This document shows, piece by piece, positions 63,710 through 64,000 of a stretch of DNA of 64,000 nt (position 1 is the first letter of the stretch; each line of letters opens with the position of its first letter). Origin of the DNA: Octopus sinensis. Its lineage: Eukaryota. The translations under genes were made by a program, and so were the position numbers. Location of the stretch: assembly GCF_006345805.1 (NCBI RefSeq), contig NC_043016.1:26164001-26228000 (forward strand), in the 5' to 3' direction. Under the pieces are notes generated by a model, which ran no database searches, was not told the DNA's origin, and saw only the letters and a list, made by a program, of their open reading frames with translations.

Positions 63710-63929
63710 ATAATGTAAAGTATAGAAGCCATCTTAATATGGCTAACCACATAGGGGAGGGGGTGTTACTGTAGCTTTATAGCCCCAGGAGATTGTCGTC
63801 TCCAGCTGGCACTGAAATGGTGTCTAAAGCCAGCTGGAGATGACGATCTCCTGGGGCTATAAAGCTACAGTAACACCCCCTCCCCTATGTGGTTAGCCAT
63901 ATTAAGATGGCTTCTATACTTTACATTAT
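63710..63929. repeat. 101-bp-arm palindrome (99/101 identical) of PLE-associated sequence between (TA)n tracts
   Basis: Arms 63710-63810 and 63829-63929, 18-nt spacer; the left part matches 47995-48112. Confidence 0.92.
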
Positions 63930-64000
63930 ATATATATATATATAAATATATATAGTAAATCCCCCACCCCCCAAAAAATATTATATATATATATATATAT

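Overview
AT-rich, microsatellite-dense animal DNA. I infer an octopus-like cephalopod from recalled SINE/RTE repeat families; this is not verified. Most of the window is decayed mobile elements: tRNA-derived SINEs, RTE and R4/Dong-like LINEs, at least five Penelope-like element (PLE) remnants with hammerhead-ribozyme motifs, DD34D, DD36E and DD37D Tc1/mariner elements, two non-autonomous Helitrons, TTAA MITEs, fold-back MITEs, a solo LTR and a Gypsy remnant. Two host genes can be reconstructed by hand. The first is a three-exon minus-strand gene (33975 to 26398) encoding a 172-aa secreted protein with one canonical chitin-binding type-2 domain and a Gln/Asn-rich tail in which every Cys is in an xQC motif. 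The second is the probable 3' end of an unidentified plus-strand gene (exons at 2257, 5460 and 6117). Other notable structures are a head-to-head palindrome with two minimal hammerheads, several (TA)n-anchored palindromes, and fold-back-templated bases at SINE 5' junctions. I found no rRNA gene, true tRNA gene or CRISPR array. Most ORFs in the supplied track are microsatellite or transposon artefacts. All alignments and counts were done by eye, so repeat boundaries are approximate unless termini or TSDs are quoted.
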